DNA of 64,000 bases from a candidate division WOR-3 bacterium (lineage in GTDB: Bacteria > Hydrothermota > Hydrothermia > LBFQ01), in NCBI GenBank assembly GCA_039802605.1, contig JBDRWW010000001.1, positions 32,001-96,000 of the forward strand, in the 5' to 3' direction. A program made the position numbers and the translations under genes. Within the stretch, counting starts at the first letter, position 1, and every line of letters starts with the position of its first letter. The notes beneath the pieces were generated by a model. The model did no database searches. It saw only the letters and a program-made list of their open reading frames with translations, and was not told the DNA's origin. Below are positions 29,347-39,060 of this stretch, piece by piece.

Positions 29347-31590
29347 ATGATATACCTTTTGGCGTATTACATAAGTGGTTATATTTATGGGGAGGATGGG
29401 AAACCCCTAGAGGCGGCAACGGTTATTCTTAAAAGATTACCGGATAGTTCAAATGCGGGCGGAACATATTCCGAAAAAGATGGTTTTTTCAAGATAATAA
29501 ATGTTCAACCGGGAAGGTATGTCTTAATAATAAAATTCGTGGGGTACGAGGATTTTTCAAGGGTGGTTGAGGTTTCGGATAGGGACGTTGATTTGGGGAG
29601 GATAGTTTTAAAGGAAAAAGCCATAAGGGTTGAGGAAGTAGAGGTAAAGGCGGAAGCACCCAAGATAACATACGAAGAGGGGAAAAGGGTTATAAGGTTT
29701 ACCGATGAAATAGTATCAAAGGGCGGTAATGCCTTAGAGGCTTTAAAGAATGTACCGGGTATAACCGTGGATAACAATGACAACATAAAAATTAGAAATT
29801 CCGAAAACATCACGCTTTATATAAACGGTAGGCCTACAATCCTGAGCCCTTCCGAGGCTTTAAGACAAATACCCGCCTCATCCATAGAAAAAATTGAAAT
29901 TATAACAAACCCATCGGCCAAATACGAGGCCGAAGGAAATGTTATAATGAATATCGTCCTTAAACAGAGCCAAGATAGGGGATTCTCCGCATCCTTAATG
30001 GGTAGGTTGGGAACTTATGATAACCTCGGCTTGAACGCATCTACGGGTATAAATACGGGTAAAACAAAAATTGTCCTAAGCGCAAACTATTTCAGTTTCA
30101 AAAGGATTATGGAAAGTGAAATAAAAGCCGAGCATCCTATAGCTTATGAGAGCGATGGAGAAAGGTACTTTAATATGAAACCTACGGGTATAAGGGGAAG
30201 TGTTGAACACCGCCTAACCAATAACGATATAGCAAATATTGAGGTGGATTTTGGTAGATGGAACTTCCTAATGGGTTGGTTGATGAATTATCCTTCCTAT
30301 AAATCGGATATGGATGTTAATATGGGAGGATTTAGGGGTTCCCTTTCGGTGGGGTATGTTAAGAAATTCCTAAAAAACCACAAGGTTGAGGGTATGGTTT
30401 TTTACGCCAAAAGGATGGGAAAGGAAAATACCGAAAGCTATTTCGGCGATTCTTTGGGTTTCAAGAGGACATCCGATATCTCAGGCAATAGGTGGAGGTT
30501 TAAACTGGACTATTCTTGGGATATAGGAGATAAGAGGAGGTTTGAGATGGGTTATCAATGGGATATTAATGAAAACTCGGATTCCCTCGTTTTTTACGAT
30601 TATAAAAACGGAAGCTTTATATTGGATACAACGGGAAATTATAGTATGAATGATGTTATAAACGCGGGCTATTTTATGTATTCAAACGCTTTGGGTATAT
30701 TCTCATACCAGTTGGGTTTGAGGGTGGAGTACGACGACAGGGTGATAAACGACGGAAATAGGGAATATCCCTTTAAATCGACGGATTTGTTCCCCTCTTT
30801 AAGTCTATCCTTCAATCCGGATATAATGAACTCTTACAGCATTACATATTCCCGTAGGATTTCAAGGCCGATGGGTTGGATGTTGGTGCCATTCCCAAGG
30901 CAAATAGATAACCTAAACTATCAAAGGGGAAACCCGAACTTAAAACCGGAATATACCCATTCCTTTGAAGCGGGTTATCAGAGGATGTTTAGACTTGGAA
31001 ACATTCAAATTGAAGGCTTTTATAAGAGGAGCGAAAACAAAATGGATTTCTATCCGTATTACGACACCTCCTTGCGTTCCATAGTATATACTTGGGAAAA
31101 TACGGGCATAGCCACACTTTCCGGTGCGGAAATATTTGTATCCTTGCAGCCATTTAAGCTTTTAAAGTTGGATTTTACGGTTGATGTCTATGATTATAGG
31201 GTGTATTACAAAGGGTTTTCAAGGAGCTTGGCCTACGACTTAAAGGGTAACCTTAGCGTAGGTTATGGCCCTATGGGTTTGCAGATAAGCGGTAGGTACA
31301 ATTCCCCGAGGGTTAGCGCAAGGGGCAAGGTCTTGGGTAGTTATGCCTTTGATATGGGTTTAAGGTTGCCTATTACAAGGAATATTTTCTTTATCGCCCA
31401 GTTTGACGATTTTATGAAATTGGACAAAGAGGTTTCTGAAATCAAAGATGAAAATTTAAAGATGACAACCACAACTTTGCGGAAATGGCCTTCAATTTCG
31501 GTTATGTTATTCTTTGATTATAACAATTTCAGAAAAATGCAACAAAGGGAGAAGAGGGAGCCCTTAGAGGAAGAGGTACCCATGTTTTGA
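29347..31590 (+). CDS. TonB-dependent receptor-like outer-membrane protein with N-terminal carboxypeptidase-regulatory-like domain
   Basis: ISG...GKPLEAATV, LKNVPGI, IEKIEIITNPSAKYEAEG plug, GNPNLKPE. Start set to ATG 29347. Confidence 0.88.
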   Translation: MIYLLAYYISGYIYGEDGKPLEAATVILKRLPDSSNAGGTYSEKDGFFKIINVQPGRYVLIIKFVGYEDFSRVVEVSDRDVDLGRIVLKEKAIRVEEVEVKAEAPKITYEEGKRVIRFTDEIVSKGGNALEALKNVPGITVDNNDNIKIRNSENITLYINGRPTILSPSEALRQIPASSIEKIEIITNPSAKYEAEGNVIMNIVLKQSQDRGFSASLMGRLGTYDNLGLNASTGINTGKTKIVLSANYFSFKRIMESEIKAEHPIAYESDGERYFNMKPTGIRGSVEHRLTNNDIANIEVDFGRWNFLMGWLMNYPSYKSDMDVNMGGFRGSLSVGYVKKFLKNHKVEGMVFYAKRMGKENTESYFGDSLGFKRTSDISGNRWRFKLDYSWDIGDKRRFEMGYQWDINENSDSLVFYDYKNGSFILDTTGNYSMNDVINAGYFMYSNALGIFSYQLGLRVEYDDRVINDGNREYPFKSTDLFPSLSLSFNPDIMNSYSITYSRRISRPMGWMLVPFPRQIDNLNYQRGNPNLKPEYTHSFEAGYQRMFRLGNIQIEGFYKRSENKMDFYPYYDTSLRSIVYTWENTGIATLSGAEIFVSLQPFKLLKLDFTVDVYDYRVYYKGFSRSLAYDLKGNLSVGYGPMGLQISGRYNSPRVSARGKVLGSYAFDMGLRLPITRNIFFIAQFDDFMKLDKEVSEIKDENLKMTTTTLRKWPSISVMLFFDYNNFRKMQQREKREPLEEEVPMF

Positions 31591-31594
31591 AAAA

Positions 31595-32188
31595 TTAAAA
31601 ACCAATATCCTTTACCCCAACCATGTAGGTGTTCCCCTTACCATCGGCAAATATCCCGTCCCTTATCAAATAAGGACCGTATTTTTTGAGGAATTCATAA
31701 CCTTTAAGGGCATCCTTACCCTTCAATATATCCTTTCCAACCAATTCCCCAAAATCGCCTATTGGTGTTGCTATTCTCCTAACATAAACCCTTTCCCAGA
31801 ATAAAACGATAACCTTAGGTTTTACTTCCCTGCCACATTTCGCATCCTTTATTGCCAGGAAAACCTCCTTTATTTTTTCGGGAAAGTTGGGAGGACCATA
31901 AACCTTTACGGTTTTTTGGAAGTTCCCCTTTTTGTATATAAAGGTAAAGAAGGGTAAGTCCGTTCCTTGCACCGAGAAATATGTATCCTGCAAATCCTTC
32001 CAATATTCCGGTTCCAAAAACTTCCCAAGGATTTTTACCTCACAAAAGGAAAAATCTTCCGTATTGAGTTTCACGCCTTTCCCATTTATGAGTTTTAAAA
32101 GGATTATCCTTGAACCCCTAAACTCCTCATAAACATCAAGAGAAAAATCAACTTGGGGAAACATTAGGGCAAAAAACATACAATACAT
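31595..32188 (-). CDS. Hypothetical protein
   Basis: ORF coupled to the upstream glycosyltransferase, host-like codon use. Confidence 0.6.
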   Translation of the reverse strand: MYCMFFALMFPQVDFSLDVYEEFRGSRIILLKLINGKGVKLNTEDFSFCEVKILGKFLEPEYWKDLQDTYFSVQGTDLPFFTFIYKKGNFQKTVKVYGPPNFPEKIKEVFLAIKDAKCGREVKPKVIVLFWERVYVRRIATPIGDFGELVGKDILKGKDALKGYEFLKKYGPYLIRDGIFADGKGNTYMVGVKDIGF

Positions 32189-32189
32189 T

Positions 32190-33320
32190 CTAAGGGTGTT
32201 TTAAGACATCGTAATAAACCCTTTCAACCATGGCGGCAATGTTTTCCCAAGAGTAGTACTTTGCGGTTTCTAAACCGTTTTTTATTAACTTTTCCCTTAA
32301 ACCTTCATCCTTCAAAACCCCAAGCAATGCCTTCGCATAATCATCCCTATTCTTAACATCAACCAATACGCCGTTCTCCCCATCCCTTATAACATTAACA
32401 TAACCCTCGTTTTTGGCCGCAACTACCGGAACACCCGAAGCCATAGCCTCAATTAAAACCAAACCGAAGGTTTCACCACCTACCGCCGGAGAAGTATAAA
32501 CCGTTGCCCCCCTATAAACCTTTGGGAGGTCTTCAAAGGGTATTCTTCCCAAAAAATGAACCCTGTTTTTTAACCCTTCGGGAACCCTTTTCATTAAAAA
32601 ACCCCTTAGAGGCCCATCACCCGCAAATATCAAATGTACATTCCCTTTCTCAAAATCTCTTGCGTATAGGATAAAGGTTTCAAGCAATATATCCGGACCT
32701 TTCCTCGGCTCCAACCTACCCACAAACAAAACCGCTTTCCCATTAATCTTTGAATAGATTTCATGCTTTTCACCCTCCGGCCTAAACCTTTCGGTATCAA
32801 CCCCATTCGGTATTATCTCGTACCTGCCTTTGAAGAAGGGTTCCATTAAACCCTTTGCGGTTTCGGAAACTGCTATCGCAACCCTAATTTTTTTCCATAC
32901 GGGCATGAAGAAAAATCTTGCAACCTTATACCAGTTAAACCCAACAAAAGATGTATGGAATGTGCTAACTACGGGGTATGGTGAAAAAAGGGTTGCGGCG
33001 CAGGGGAGGTTGGGGGCCAAGGGTCCATGCGTATGAACAATATCAAAACGTGTTTCCTTTAAAAACCTCCGAACTTTGTAATGTAATAACGGGTCAAAAG
33101 TTAAGGTTATCTGGGATTTGTTCAGAGGTAAAAGGATTACCCTACCAATCCTATGAACATTCTCATTAAACTCCTCATCGCCCTTTCCGTATGAAGTGGT
33201 TAGTATATAAATCTCGTGCCCTCTTTTCCTGAGGTATTTTGAAAGGGAATATATGTGTTCGGAAACACCCCCCGGAAAGGGATAATATGCATCCGATACT
33301 TGAAGGATTTTTAATTTCAA
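32190..33320 (-). CDS. GT4 glycosyltransferase (PimA-like)
   Basis: PGGVSEH, IPNGVD, GRLEPRKG, ETFGLVLIEAMASG. Confidence 0.92.
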   Translation of the reverse strand: MKLKILQVSDAYYPFPGGVSEHIYSLSKYLRKRGHEIYILTTSYGKGDEEFNENVHRIGRVILLPLNKSQITLTFDPLLHYKVRRFLKETRFDIVHTHGPLAPNLPCAATLFSPYPVVSTFHTSFVGFNWYKVARFFFMPVWKKIRVAIAVSETAKGLMEPFFKGRYEIIPNGVDTERFRPEGEKHEIYSKINGKAVLFVGRLEPRKGPDILLETFILYARDFEKGNVHLIFAGDGPLRGFLMKRVPEGLKNRVHFLGRIPFEDLPKVYRGATVYTSPAVGGETFGLVLIEAMASGVPVVAAKNEGYVNVIRDGENGVLVDVKNRDDYAKALLGVLKDEGLREKLIKNGLETAKYYSWENIAAMVERVYYDVLKHP

Positions 33321-34165
33321 TAAAGGTTTTCGGCCAACCTTTTAAGTCTTTCTATACGCTTTTCTACGGGTGGATGCGTTGAAAAGAGTTCCATTAAGAA
33401 ACCACCGGAGAGAGGATTTACAATAAACATGTGGGACATAAACTCTGGAACCTCTGCTTCAACCGCCTGGGTACCATAAGCCAATTTTTCAAGGGCGGAT
33501 GCTAAGGCCAGAGGATCGTTTATAAACCTAGCACCCGTTTCATCCGCTATGTATTCCCTACTCCTTGATATCGCGAGCTTAATTAGCATAGCCGCTATGG
33601 GTAAGAGTATTATGGCGACCAAAAGGGCCAAAGGATTCCTGTCCCTATCCCTCCCACCAAAGAATATTAACCCCCACCTAAGCATATCGGCTATATAAAC
33701 TATTGCGGCAGCCAGCGTTGCCGCTACGGACATAATGAGTATATCCCGGTTTTTTATATGGGCAATTTCATGTGCTATAACACCTTTTAACTCCCTTCTA
33801 TTCAAAAGCCTCAATATCCCCTCCGTAAATACCACGGCGGCGTTCTTCGGATTCCTACCCGTTGCAAAGGCGTTTGGTTGTGGAATTGGAGCTATGTAAA
33901 TCTTGGGTTTGGGTATCCCGGCGGATACGGCAACCTCTTCAACCAGTGCGTGTAATTCCGGAGCCTCTTCCTCGCTAACCTCCCTAGCACCAACGGAAGC
34001 CGTGGCAATCTTGTCGGAGAAAAACCAAGCTATGAAATTCATCAAAGCGGCCATGAACAGGGCTATTATCATACCATAACTCCCGCCTATTAACTTGCCC
34101 GCATAAACCAACAATACACTTAAAATCGCCAAAAACAAGAATGTTTTTATCGTATTCCCCATCAT
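33317..34165 (-). CDS. htpX: Membrane zinc metalloprotease HtpX
   Basis: PNAFATGR, HEIAH, SRSREYIAD, FSTHPP. Confidence 0.95.
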   Translation of the reverse strand: MMGNTIKTFLFLAILSVLLVYAGKLIGGSYGMIIALFMAALMNFIAWFFSDKIATASVGAREVSEEEAPELHALVEEVAVSAGIPKPKIYIAPIPQPNAFATGRNPKNAAVVFTEGILRLLNRRELKGVIAHEIAHIKNRDILIMSVAATLAAAIVYIADMLRWGLIFFGGRDRDRNPLALLVAIILLPIAAMLIKLAISRSREYIADETGARFINDPLALASALEKLAYGTQAVEAEVPEFMSHMFIVNPLSGGFLMELFSTHPPVEKRIERLKRLAENLY

Positions 34166-34173
34166 AACCGTTA

Positions 34174-34193
34174 ATTTTAAACGGGATTAAAAT
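34174..34193. promoter_or_regulatory. Back-to-back -10 boxes TAAAAT (-) 34174-34179 (8 nt) and TAAAAT (+) 34188-34193 (7 nt)
   Basis: Both boxes fit inside a 35-bp divergent gap. Confidence 0.65.
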
Positions 34194-34200
34194 CTCCGGT

Positions 34201-35253
34201 ATGGGATTTTTGAGGGAGGATATAAGCTTCTCAACCCCTTTTACGGTTAGCCAAAAACCATATGTTGCAAAGTTGGACCAAAACGAATCCCCTTACGATA
34301 TACCCGAAGAAATAAAGGAGGTTTTACTTGAAGAGATAAAAAGGATGTCTTGGAATAGATACCCACAACCCGCAATTTACGAGGAGGTTAAAGAAAGTTT
34401 TGCCAAGGCCTTGGGAGTTAAACCGGAAAATATAGCCCTAACCTTTGGAGGAGATCAAACGATTCTAAGCGCTTTTTGGATAGCGGGGGGAAAGGGTAAA
34501 AGGTGCATAATATACGAACCCACATATCCTATGATAAGGCATTATGCGGCAGCGACATCAACCGACGCGGATATAAAGGTACTGGGAGAAGAGTTTTTTC
34601 CAAACCCTTCCGATTTTAAAGGCAAGGATTATAACATAATCTTCTTCGTTTCCCCAAACAACCCAACGGGGCATCTAATAAGTAAAGAAGTAATAAAGGA
34701 GGCTTTGGAAACGGGGGCATTGGTGTTTGTGGATGAGGCTTACTATCCGTTTTCCGGAATAACGGTTTGGGATGACTTAAAGGATTATCCGAATTTAATG
34801 GTGGGTAGATCCCTTTCAAAGTCCTTATTGGCCGGTATGAGGATGGGTTATGTTCTGGCTTCAAAAGAAATAATACGGGCGGTTGATTATATGAACTTTG
34901 CACCATACAACCTTACGATCTTTCAATTGGCGATTTTTAAAAGGTTCGGTGATATAATGGGATTTTTAAAGAAGGCCACGAATGAGGTTGTTGAGGAAAG
35001 GGAAAGGGTTTATAAAGCTTTGGAAGGACTCGGATTTAAACCCATAAAGTCTTACGGAAACTTCATAATGTTTAAGGTTAGAGACCACGAAAGGGCATAT
35101 AAGGTATTTGTAGAAGAAGGCATAAGGATAAGGGATGTTTCCGGCCTACCCGGGTTGTCAAACCACCTGAGGGTTACAATTGGCTTAAATGACGAGAACG
35201 ATAAGTTTATAGAAGTTTTAAAGAAATTAGTCCCGCACCTGCTCCCAGAATAA
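34201..35253 (+). CDS. Histidinol-phosphate aminotransferase-like PLP enzyme (HisC/CobD family)
   Basis: LDQNESPY, NRYP, SPNNPTG, DEAY, RSLSK...GMRMGY, LRVTIG. Confidence 0.85.
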   Translation: MGFLREDISFSTPFTVSQKPYVAKLDQNESPYDIPEEIKEVLLEEIKRMSWNRYPQPAIYEEVKESFAKALGVKPENIALTFGGDQTILSAFWIAGGKGKRCIIYEPTYPMIRHYAAATSTDADIKVLGEEFFPNPSDFKGKDYNIIFFVSPNNPTGHLISKEVIKEALETGALVFVDEAYYPFSGITVWDDLKDYPNLMVGRSLSKSLLAGMRMGYVLASKEIIRAVDYMNFAPYNLTIFQLAIFKRFGDIMGFLKKATNEVVEERERVYKALEGLGFKPIKSYGNFIMFKVRDHERAYKVFVEEGIRIRDVSGLPGLSNHLRVTIGLNDENDKFIEVLKKLVPHLLPE

Positions 35254-35884
35254 AGCATAAAAACAAATCCCCAAAACCCCACCTGAGTTTGAGCAAAAAC
35301 GAGAATATTTTCTCCCTTAAAGGGTAAAATACCCAGAAAATTACCAAGGCCATCAACAATTCGGGAAACGTTTTAACAAAAACCAATATCCATAAATGGC
35401 CGGTTATTATGTGCCAAATGGTTTTCTTCTCTTCATATTCATACGAAAAGAGAAAATAAAAGGCCATAAGCATAAGGTGGAAAATTACGGGTAAGGGGTT
35501 AAAGGCGTAATAAAATAGAAGGATGCTAACGGTGATTGGTACTATAAATTCAAACCAAGGATTGCCTTGGAAATGCCTTAAAGAGAGATGCTCTAACGCC
35601 CTTTCGGGCTCCTTTACGGGTATTATAGGAAGGAGTATTAAAGATAGCGAAAAAAATCCGGGTATGTCAAAGTTCCCATTGTAAAATGCCGTTTTGATAT
35701 TCTCAATTAAGACAAAAAGAAGGAGAACGAAGAGATAGGCGAACAATTTCCCCCGCGATAACATCAACAAAACCATCCATAAACCCAATAAAAACACAAA
35801 AAAGCCGTAAAAGGGATATAAACCCTCCCCTAAAAATATTTTCTCCAAGCAAAGGACGATAGCACCAAATAATACCCAAATCAA
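35207..35884 (-). CDS. Hypothetical polytopic membrane protein
   Basis: Many hydrophobic segments. TTG start 1 nt after the SDR stop. Confidence 0.6.
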   Translation of the reverse strand: MIWVLFGAIVLCLEKIFLGEGLYPFYGFFVFLLGLWMVLLMLSRGKLFAYLFVLLLFVLIENIKTAFYNGNFDIPGFFSLSLILLPIIPVKEPERALEHLSLRHFQGNPWFEFIVPITVSILLFYYAFNPLPVIFHLMLMAFYFLFSYEYEEKKTIWHIITGHLWILVFVKTFPELLMALVIFWVFYPLREKIFSFLLKLRWGFGDLFLCFILGAGAGLISLKLL

Positions 35885-35885
35885 A

Positions 35886-36629
35886 TCATTCCTTGGGTTT
35901 TACCCCCACCGACCAACCACCATCTATTGGTATGGCGGCACCGTTCATCCAAGCGGATTCATCGCTTGCGAGATAAACGGCCAAAAATGCCACATCTTCG
36001 GGCCATCCTCCCCTATATGGGAGTTTATCCGTCCTCAAAGTTTCAAAATCCGAAAACAGTTCATGCGAAACACCATCAGGGCATATTACATTTGCCCTTA
36101 TGTTGTATTTTGCGTAATCCCTTGCAACGGTTTTAACAAAAGCGACTATTGCCGCCTTTGTGGCGTTGTATATTGACGAACCCGATGCAACCCCAAAATT
36201 ACCATATACCGCGGCCGTGTGAATATACACACCCCCACCCCACTCCTTAAACAGGGGCAATGTTTCCCTAACGACAAATACATGGGATAGGAAATTACCA
36301 TCCCAAAGCATTTTTATGGTTTCCTCATCAACCTCCTCCACATTTGTAGGTGTCCAATAACCCGCATTTACAAAGACTACATCTATTTTTCCAAGTTTTT
36401 TAACGGCATCCGAAACAAAACCCTTTACCTCGTTCAATTTTGAGGCATCCGCCCTATAAGAATAAACCTCATAACCCTTACCCTTCAAAAACTCCGCAAT
36501 TTCATGGCACTTTTCAGACCTTGAAACTAGGAATAACTTCGCCCCTTCCTTTGCCATTGCGTAAGCCGACGCCCTACCTATACCGCTACCAACACCGACT
36601 ATAATTATCTTCTTATCTTTTAACCTCAT
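35886..36629 (-). CDS. Short-chain dehydrogenase/reductase
   Basis: GVGSGIG, NAG, YNATK. Confidence 0.92.
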   Translation of the reverse strand: MRLKDKKIIIVGVGSGIGRASAYAMAKEGAKLFLVSRSEKCHEIAEFLKGKGYEVYSYRADASKLNEVKGFVSDAVKKLGKIDVVFVNAGYWTPTNVEEVDEETIKMLWDGNFLSHVFVVRETLPLFKEWGGGVYIHTAAVYGNFGVASGSSIYNATKAAIVAFVKTVARDYAKYNIRANVICPDGVSHELFSDFETLRTDKLPYRGGWPEDVAFLAVYLASDESAWMNGAAIPIDGGWSVGVKPKE

Positions 36630-36635
36630 TCCGAA

Positions 36636-36672
36636 ATTCTACGGTTGTTAGTATTATTATCAACCATACAAT
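36636..36672. promoter_or_regulatory. Divergent -10 boxes: TAGAAT (-) 36636-36641 (6 nt) and TACAAT (+) 36667-36672 (8 nt before mdh ATG 36681)
   Basis: Recurring motif and spacing. Confidence 0.7.
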
Positions 36673-36680
36673 TCCGTGTT

Positions 36681-37613
36681 ATGAAGAAAGTTGCGATAAT
36701 AGGAGCCGGAAATGTTGGAAGCGAAGCCGCAAGATATTTGGCATACAAAGGCATAGCCCATATAGTCCTTTTGGATATAGTTGAGGGTATAGCAAAGGGA
36801 AAGTCGCTTGATCTATTGCACGCGGGGCCAATAGAGTGCGCAACGGTATCCATTGAGGGAACCTCCGATTATGGTCCCATTGAAAACAGCGATGTGGTTA
36901 TTATAACGGCAGGAAAGCCCAGAAAACCGGGTATGTCGAGGGAGGAACTTTTAAAGGTAAATTTTGATATTGTCAGCGGTATAGCGGAAAAGGTTAAGGA
37001 GTATGCCCCCAATTCCGTAGTTATCGTGGTATCAAACCCGCTTGATGCAATGGTATATACCACATATAAGATTACGGGTTTTCCGAGGGAAAGGGTTATG
37101 GGCATGGCAGGCTTGCTGGATTCAGCCAGGTTTGCGGCATTTATAGCCCAAGAAGTTGGAGTTTCACCGGCGGATGTTAGGGCTATGGTTATGGGAACCC
37201 ATGGGGATTTAATGGTTCCTCTTACTAGATTCACCACAATAAACGGTATTCCCGCCACTGAGTTTTTATCGGAGGATAAATTGAAGGAAATCGTTGAAAA
37301 GACGAGGTTTGCCGGTGGAGAAATAGTTAAACTTATGGGTACTAGCGCGTGGTTTGCCCCAGGAGATGCCGCCGCCTTTATGGCGGAAGCCGTATTACTC
37401 GATACCAACAGGGTTTTATCCGCATCCGTGTACTTGACCGGTGAATACGGTATAAACGGGGTATTTGTGGGTGTCCCTGTGGTTTTGGGGTGGGGAGGAG
37501 TTAAGAGGATATTGGAGGTTAAACTTACGGAAGAAGAGATGGAGGCTTTGAAGAAGAGCGCGGACCACATAAAGGAACTACAAGAACAGGTTGATGAGCT
37601 CTTGAAGGGATGA
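36681..37613 (+). CDS. mdh: Malate dehydrogenase (LDH-like)
   Basis: GAGNVG, TAGKPRKPGMSR, SNPLD, LDSARF, HGD. Start set to ATG 36681. Confidence 0.95.
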   Translation: MKKVAIIGAGNVGSEAARYLAYKGIAHIVLLDIVEGIAKGKSLDLLHAGPIECATVSIEGTSDYGPIENSDVVIITAGKPRKPGMSREELLKVNFDIVSGIAEKVKEYAPNSVVIVVSNPLDAMVYTTYKITGFPRERVMGMAGLLDSARFAAFIAQEVGVSPADVRAMVMGTHGDLMVPLTRFTTINGIPATEFLSEDKLKEIVEKTRFAGGEIVKLMGTSAWFAPGDAAAFMAEAVLLDTNRVLSASVYLTGEYGINGVFVGVPVVLGWGGVKRILEVKLTEEEMEALKKSADHIKELQEQVDELLKG

Positions 37614-38191
37614 GAAAAGCCTTAATATTTTTTGCCTTTTTAATTTCATGCGGTAAGGGTATAAACTATTCCCAAAGTTTTCCTTATGACAAGGGTTATG
37701 TTTTGTTTGACCAAAACGGGAAAGAGAGGAAGTTGGACGAATTCAAAGGGAAGGTATTGGTGGTTGGATACATATACACGCATTGTCCGGATATATGCCC
37801 ACTTATCACGGATAACATGAGGAAGATATACAAAGAGGTTTCCAAAAACGGTTGGTCTAATAAGGTTGTTTTCCTGAGTATATCCTTTGATCCGAGGAGG
37901 GATAAACCCGAAGTTTTAAATAATTATGCAAAGATATACGGCTTGGATACCGTTAAGAACTGGTTTTTCCTTACGGGGAATCCAAAAACCATAGATTCCT
38001 TAATGAAAGACCTTTCAATAGTGGTGGAGATTGGCCCTATGGAAGTTTCTGAAAGTGGGGATACAATATATTTCATTGTGCATACGGATAGGATACACAT
38101 AGTGGATAAGAGGGGAAAAATTGTTAGTTATTTTAAGGGGAGCGAAGCAAATGTTGATGATGTTATAAAGGCAATAAGGAGGGCAATATGA
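37610..38191 (+). CDS. SCO1/SenC copper chaperone lipoprotein
   Basis: Lipobox LISC, CPDIC, DPRRD, conserved His (VHT). Confidence 0.92.
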   Translation: MRKALIFFAFLISCGKGINYSQSFPYDKGYVLFDQNGKERKLDEFKGKVLVVGYIYTHCPDICPLITDNMRKIYKEVSKNGWSNKVVFLSISFDPRRDKPEVLNNYAKIYGLDTVKNWFFLTGNPKTIDSLMKDLSIVVEIGPMEVSESGDTIYFIVHTDRIHIVDKRGKIVSYFKGSEANVDDVIKAIRRAI

Positions 38192-38559
38192 TTTGGATGC
38201 TTGCGTTTATTGACATAGCGGATATTTGGGCGAGGCCGGGTATTAAGGGGGGAAACTCGGCCGTTTATATGGTCATAAGGAACAACGATACGCTTCCGGA
38301 TACGCTGTATAAAGCTTCATCGGACATAGCGGCAATGGTGGAAATACACAAGACATATAAGGACAAGAAGGGGAAAATGGGTATGGAAAGGGTTGATTAT
38401 GTGGTTATACCTCCAAAGGGAGAATTTAAACTTGAACCCGGGGGGTACCATATTATGCTTATGAAGTTGAAGAAAAACCTGCGAGGGGGTAAAAAGTTTA
38501 ACCTTTCGCTTTATTTCAAGAGGGCCGGGAAAATAGATATAACGGCTGAGGTGAAATAG
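38188..38559 (+). CDS. Copper chaperone PCu(A)C
   Basis: WAR...SAVYM, EIH...MGM, LEPGGYHIMLM. Coupled to the SCO gene. Confidence 0.92.
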   Translation: MIWMLAFIDIADIWARPGIKGGNSAVYMVIRNNDTLPDTLYKASSDIAAMVEIHKTYKDKKGKMGMERVDYVVIPPKGEFKLEPGGYHIMLMKLKKNLRGGKKFNLSLYFKRAGKIDITAEVK

Positions 38560-38583
38560 GGGGAGATAAAAATCCGTCAAGCG

Positions 38584-38589
38584 TATAAT
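38584..38589 (+). promoter_or_regulatory. -10 box TATAAT, 10 nt before tRNA-Ser
   Basis: Recurring motif. Confidence 0.7.
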
Positions 38590-38599
38590 ATATTCTTGT

Positions 38600-38685
38600 G
38601 GAGGGTTGCGCCGAATTGGTAAGGCAGCGGATTTGAAATCCGCCGGGGCTTAGGCCCCTTGGGGGTTCGAGTCCCCCACCCTCCG
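38600..38685 (+). tRNA. tRNA-Ser (TGA), long variable arm, CCA not encoded
   Basis: Acceptor GGAGGGT/ACCCTCC with G discriminator, GCGGA-TTTGAAA-TCCGC, variable arm GGGGC/GCCCC, TTCGAGT. Confidence 0.95.
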
Positions 38686-38691
38686 CTTTAT

Positions 38692-39060
38692 ATGATTTTT
38701 GATTACGGTTCGGAAGGCGGTGGGATTGTAGTTCTGGGTTCTTCGGAAATTGTAAATCAAATAGCCCTAAACATCTCCACGTTTTCCGCACTAATGGTTG
38801 AAAATGTAGATTTACCGGAAAACTACGGGGATTTTGTCAATATGTTAAAAGAAAAATCCCCAAAGTTTGTAATAGGGGATGAAAGCGCTTACGAATACCT
38901 TTTAAGGTATTCACAAGAGGGTGGAATTCCGGCCATCTTTAAACCTCTAAGTGTGGAATACGACCTTGCAAGCGGTGGTTTATTGGTAAAATGCAGGGTT
39001 GGTGAAAGGTTTGCGGCAACTCTATCCGTAAATGGGGATAGAATCGTCATTGCCGTATAA
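38692..39060 (+). CDS. Hypothetical protein
   Basis: First ATG outside the tRNA (the ORF-track start lies inside the tRNA). Host-like codon use. Confidence 0.6.
   Translation: MIFDYGSEGGGIVVLGSSEIVNQIALNISTFSALMVENVDLPENYGDFVNMLKEKSPKFVIGDESAYEYLLRYSQEGGIPAIFKPLSVEYDLASGGLLVKCRVGERFAATLSVNGDRIVIAV

Noticed and set aside
36869..37570. Long antisense ORFs (also 60400-61011, 27538-28077, 45043-45522, 13034-13486 and others)
   Set aside because: They are Ser/Pro/Phe-rich shadows of purine-rich genes on the other strand, with no motifs or promoters.
38600..38685. Selenocysteine or suppressor tRNA
   Set aside because: Anticodon TGA reads UCA (Ser). tRNA-Sec needs anticodon TCA and a longer acceptor stem.
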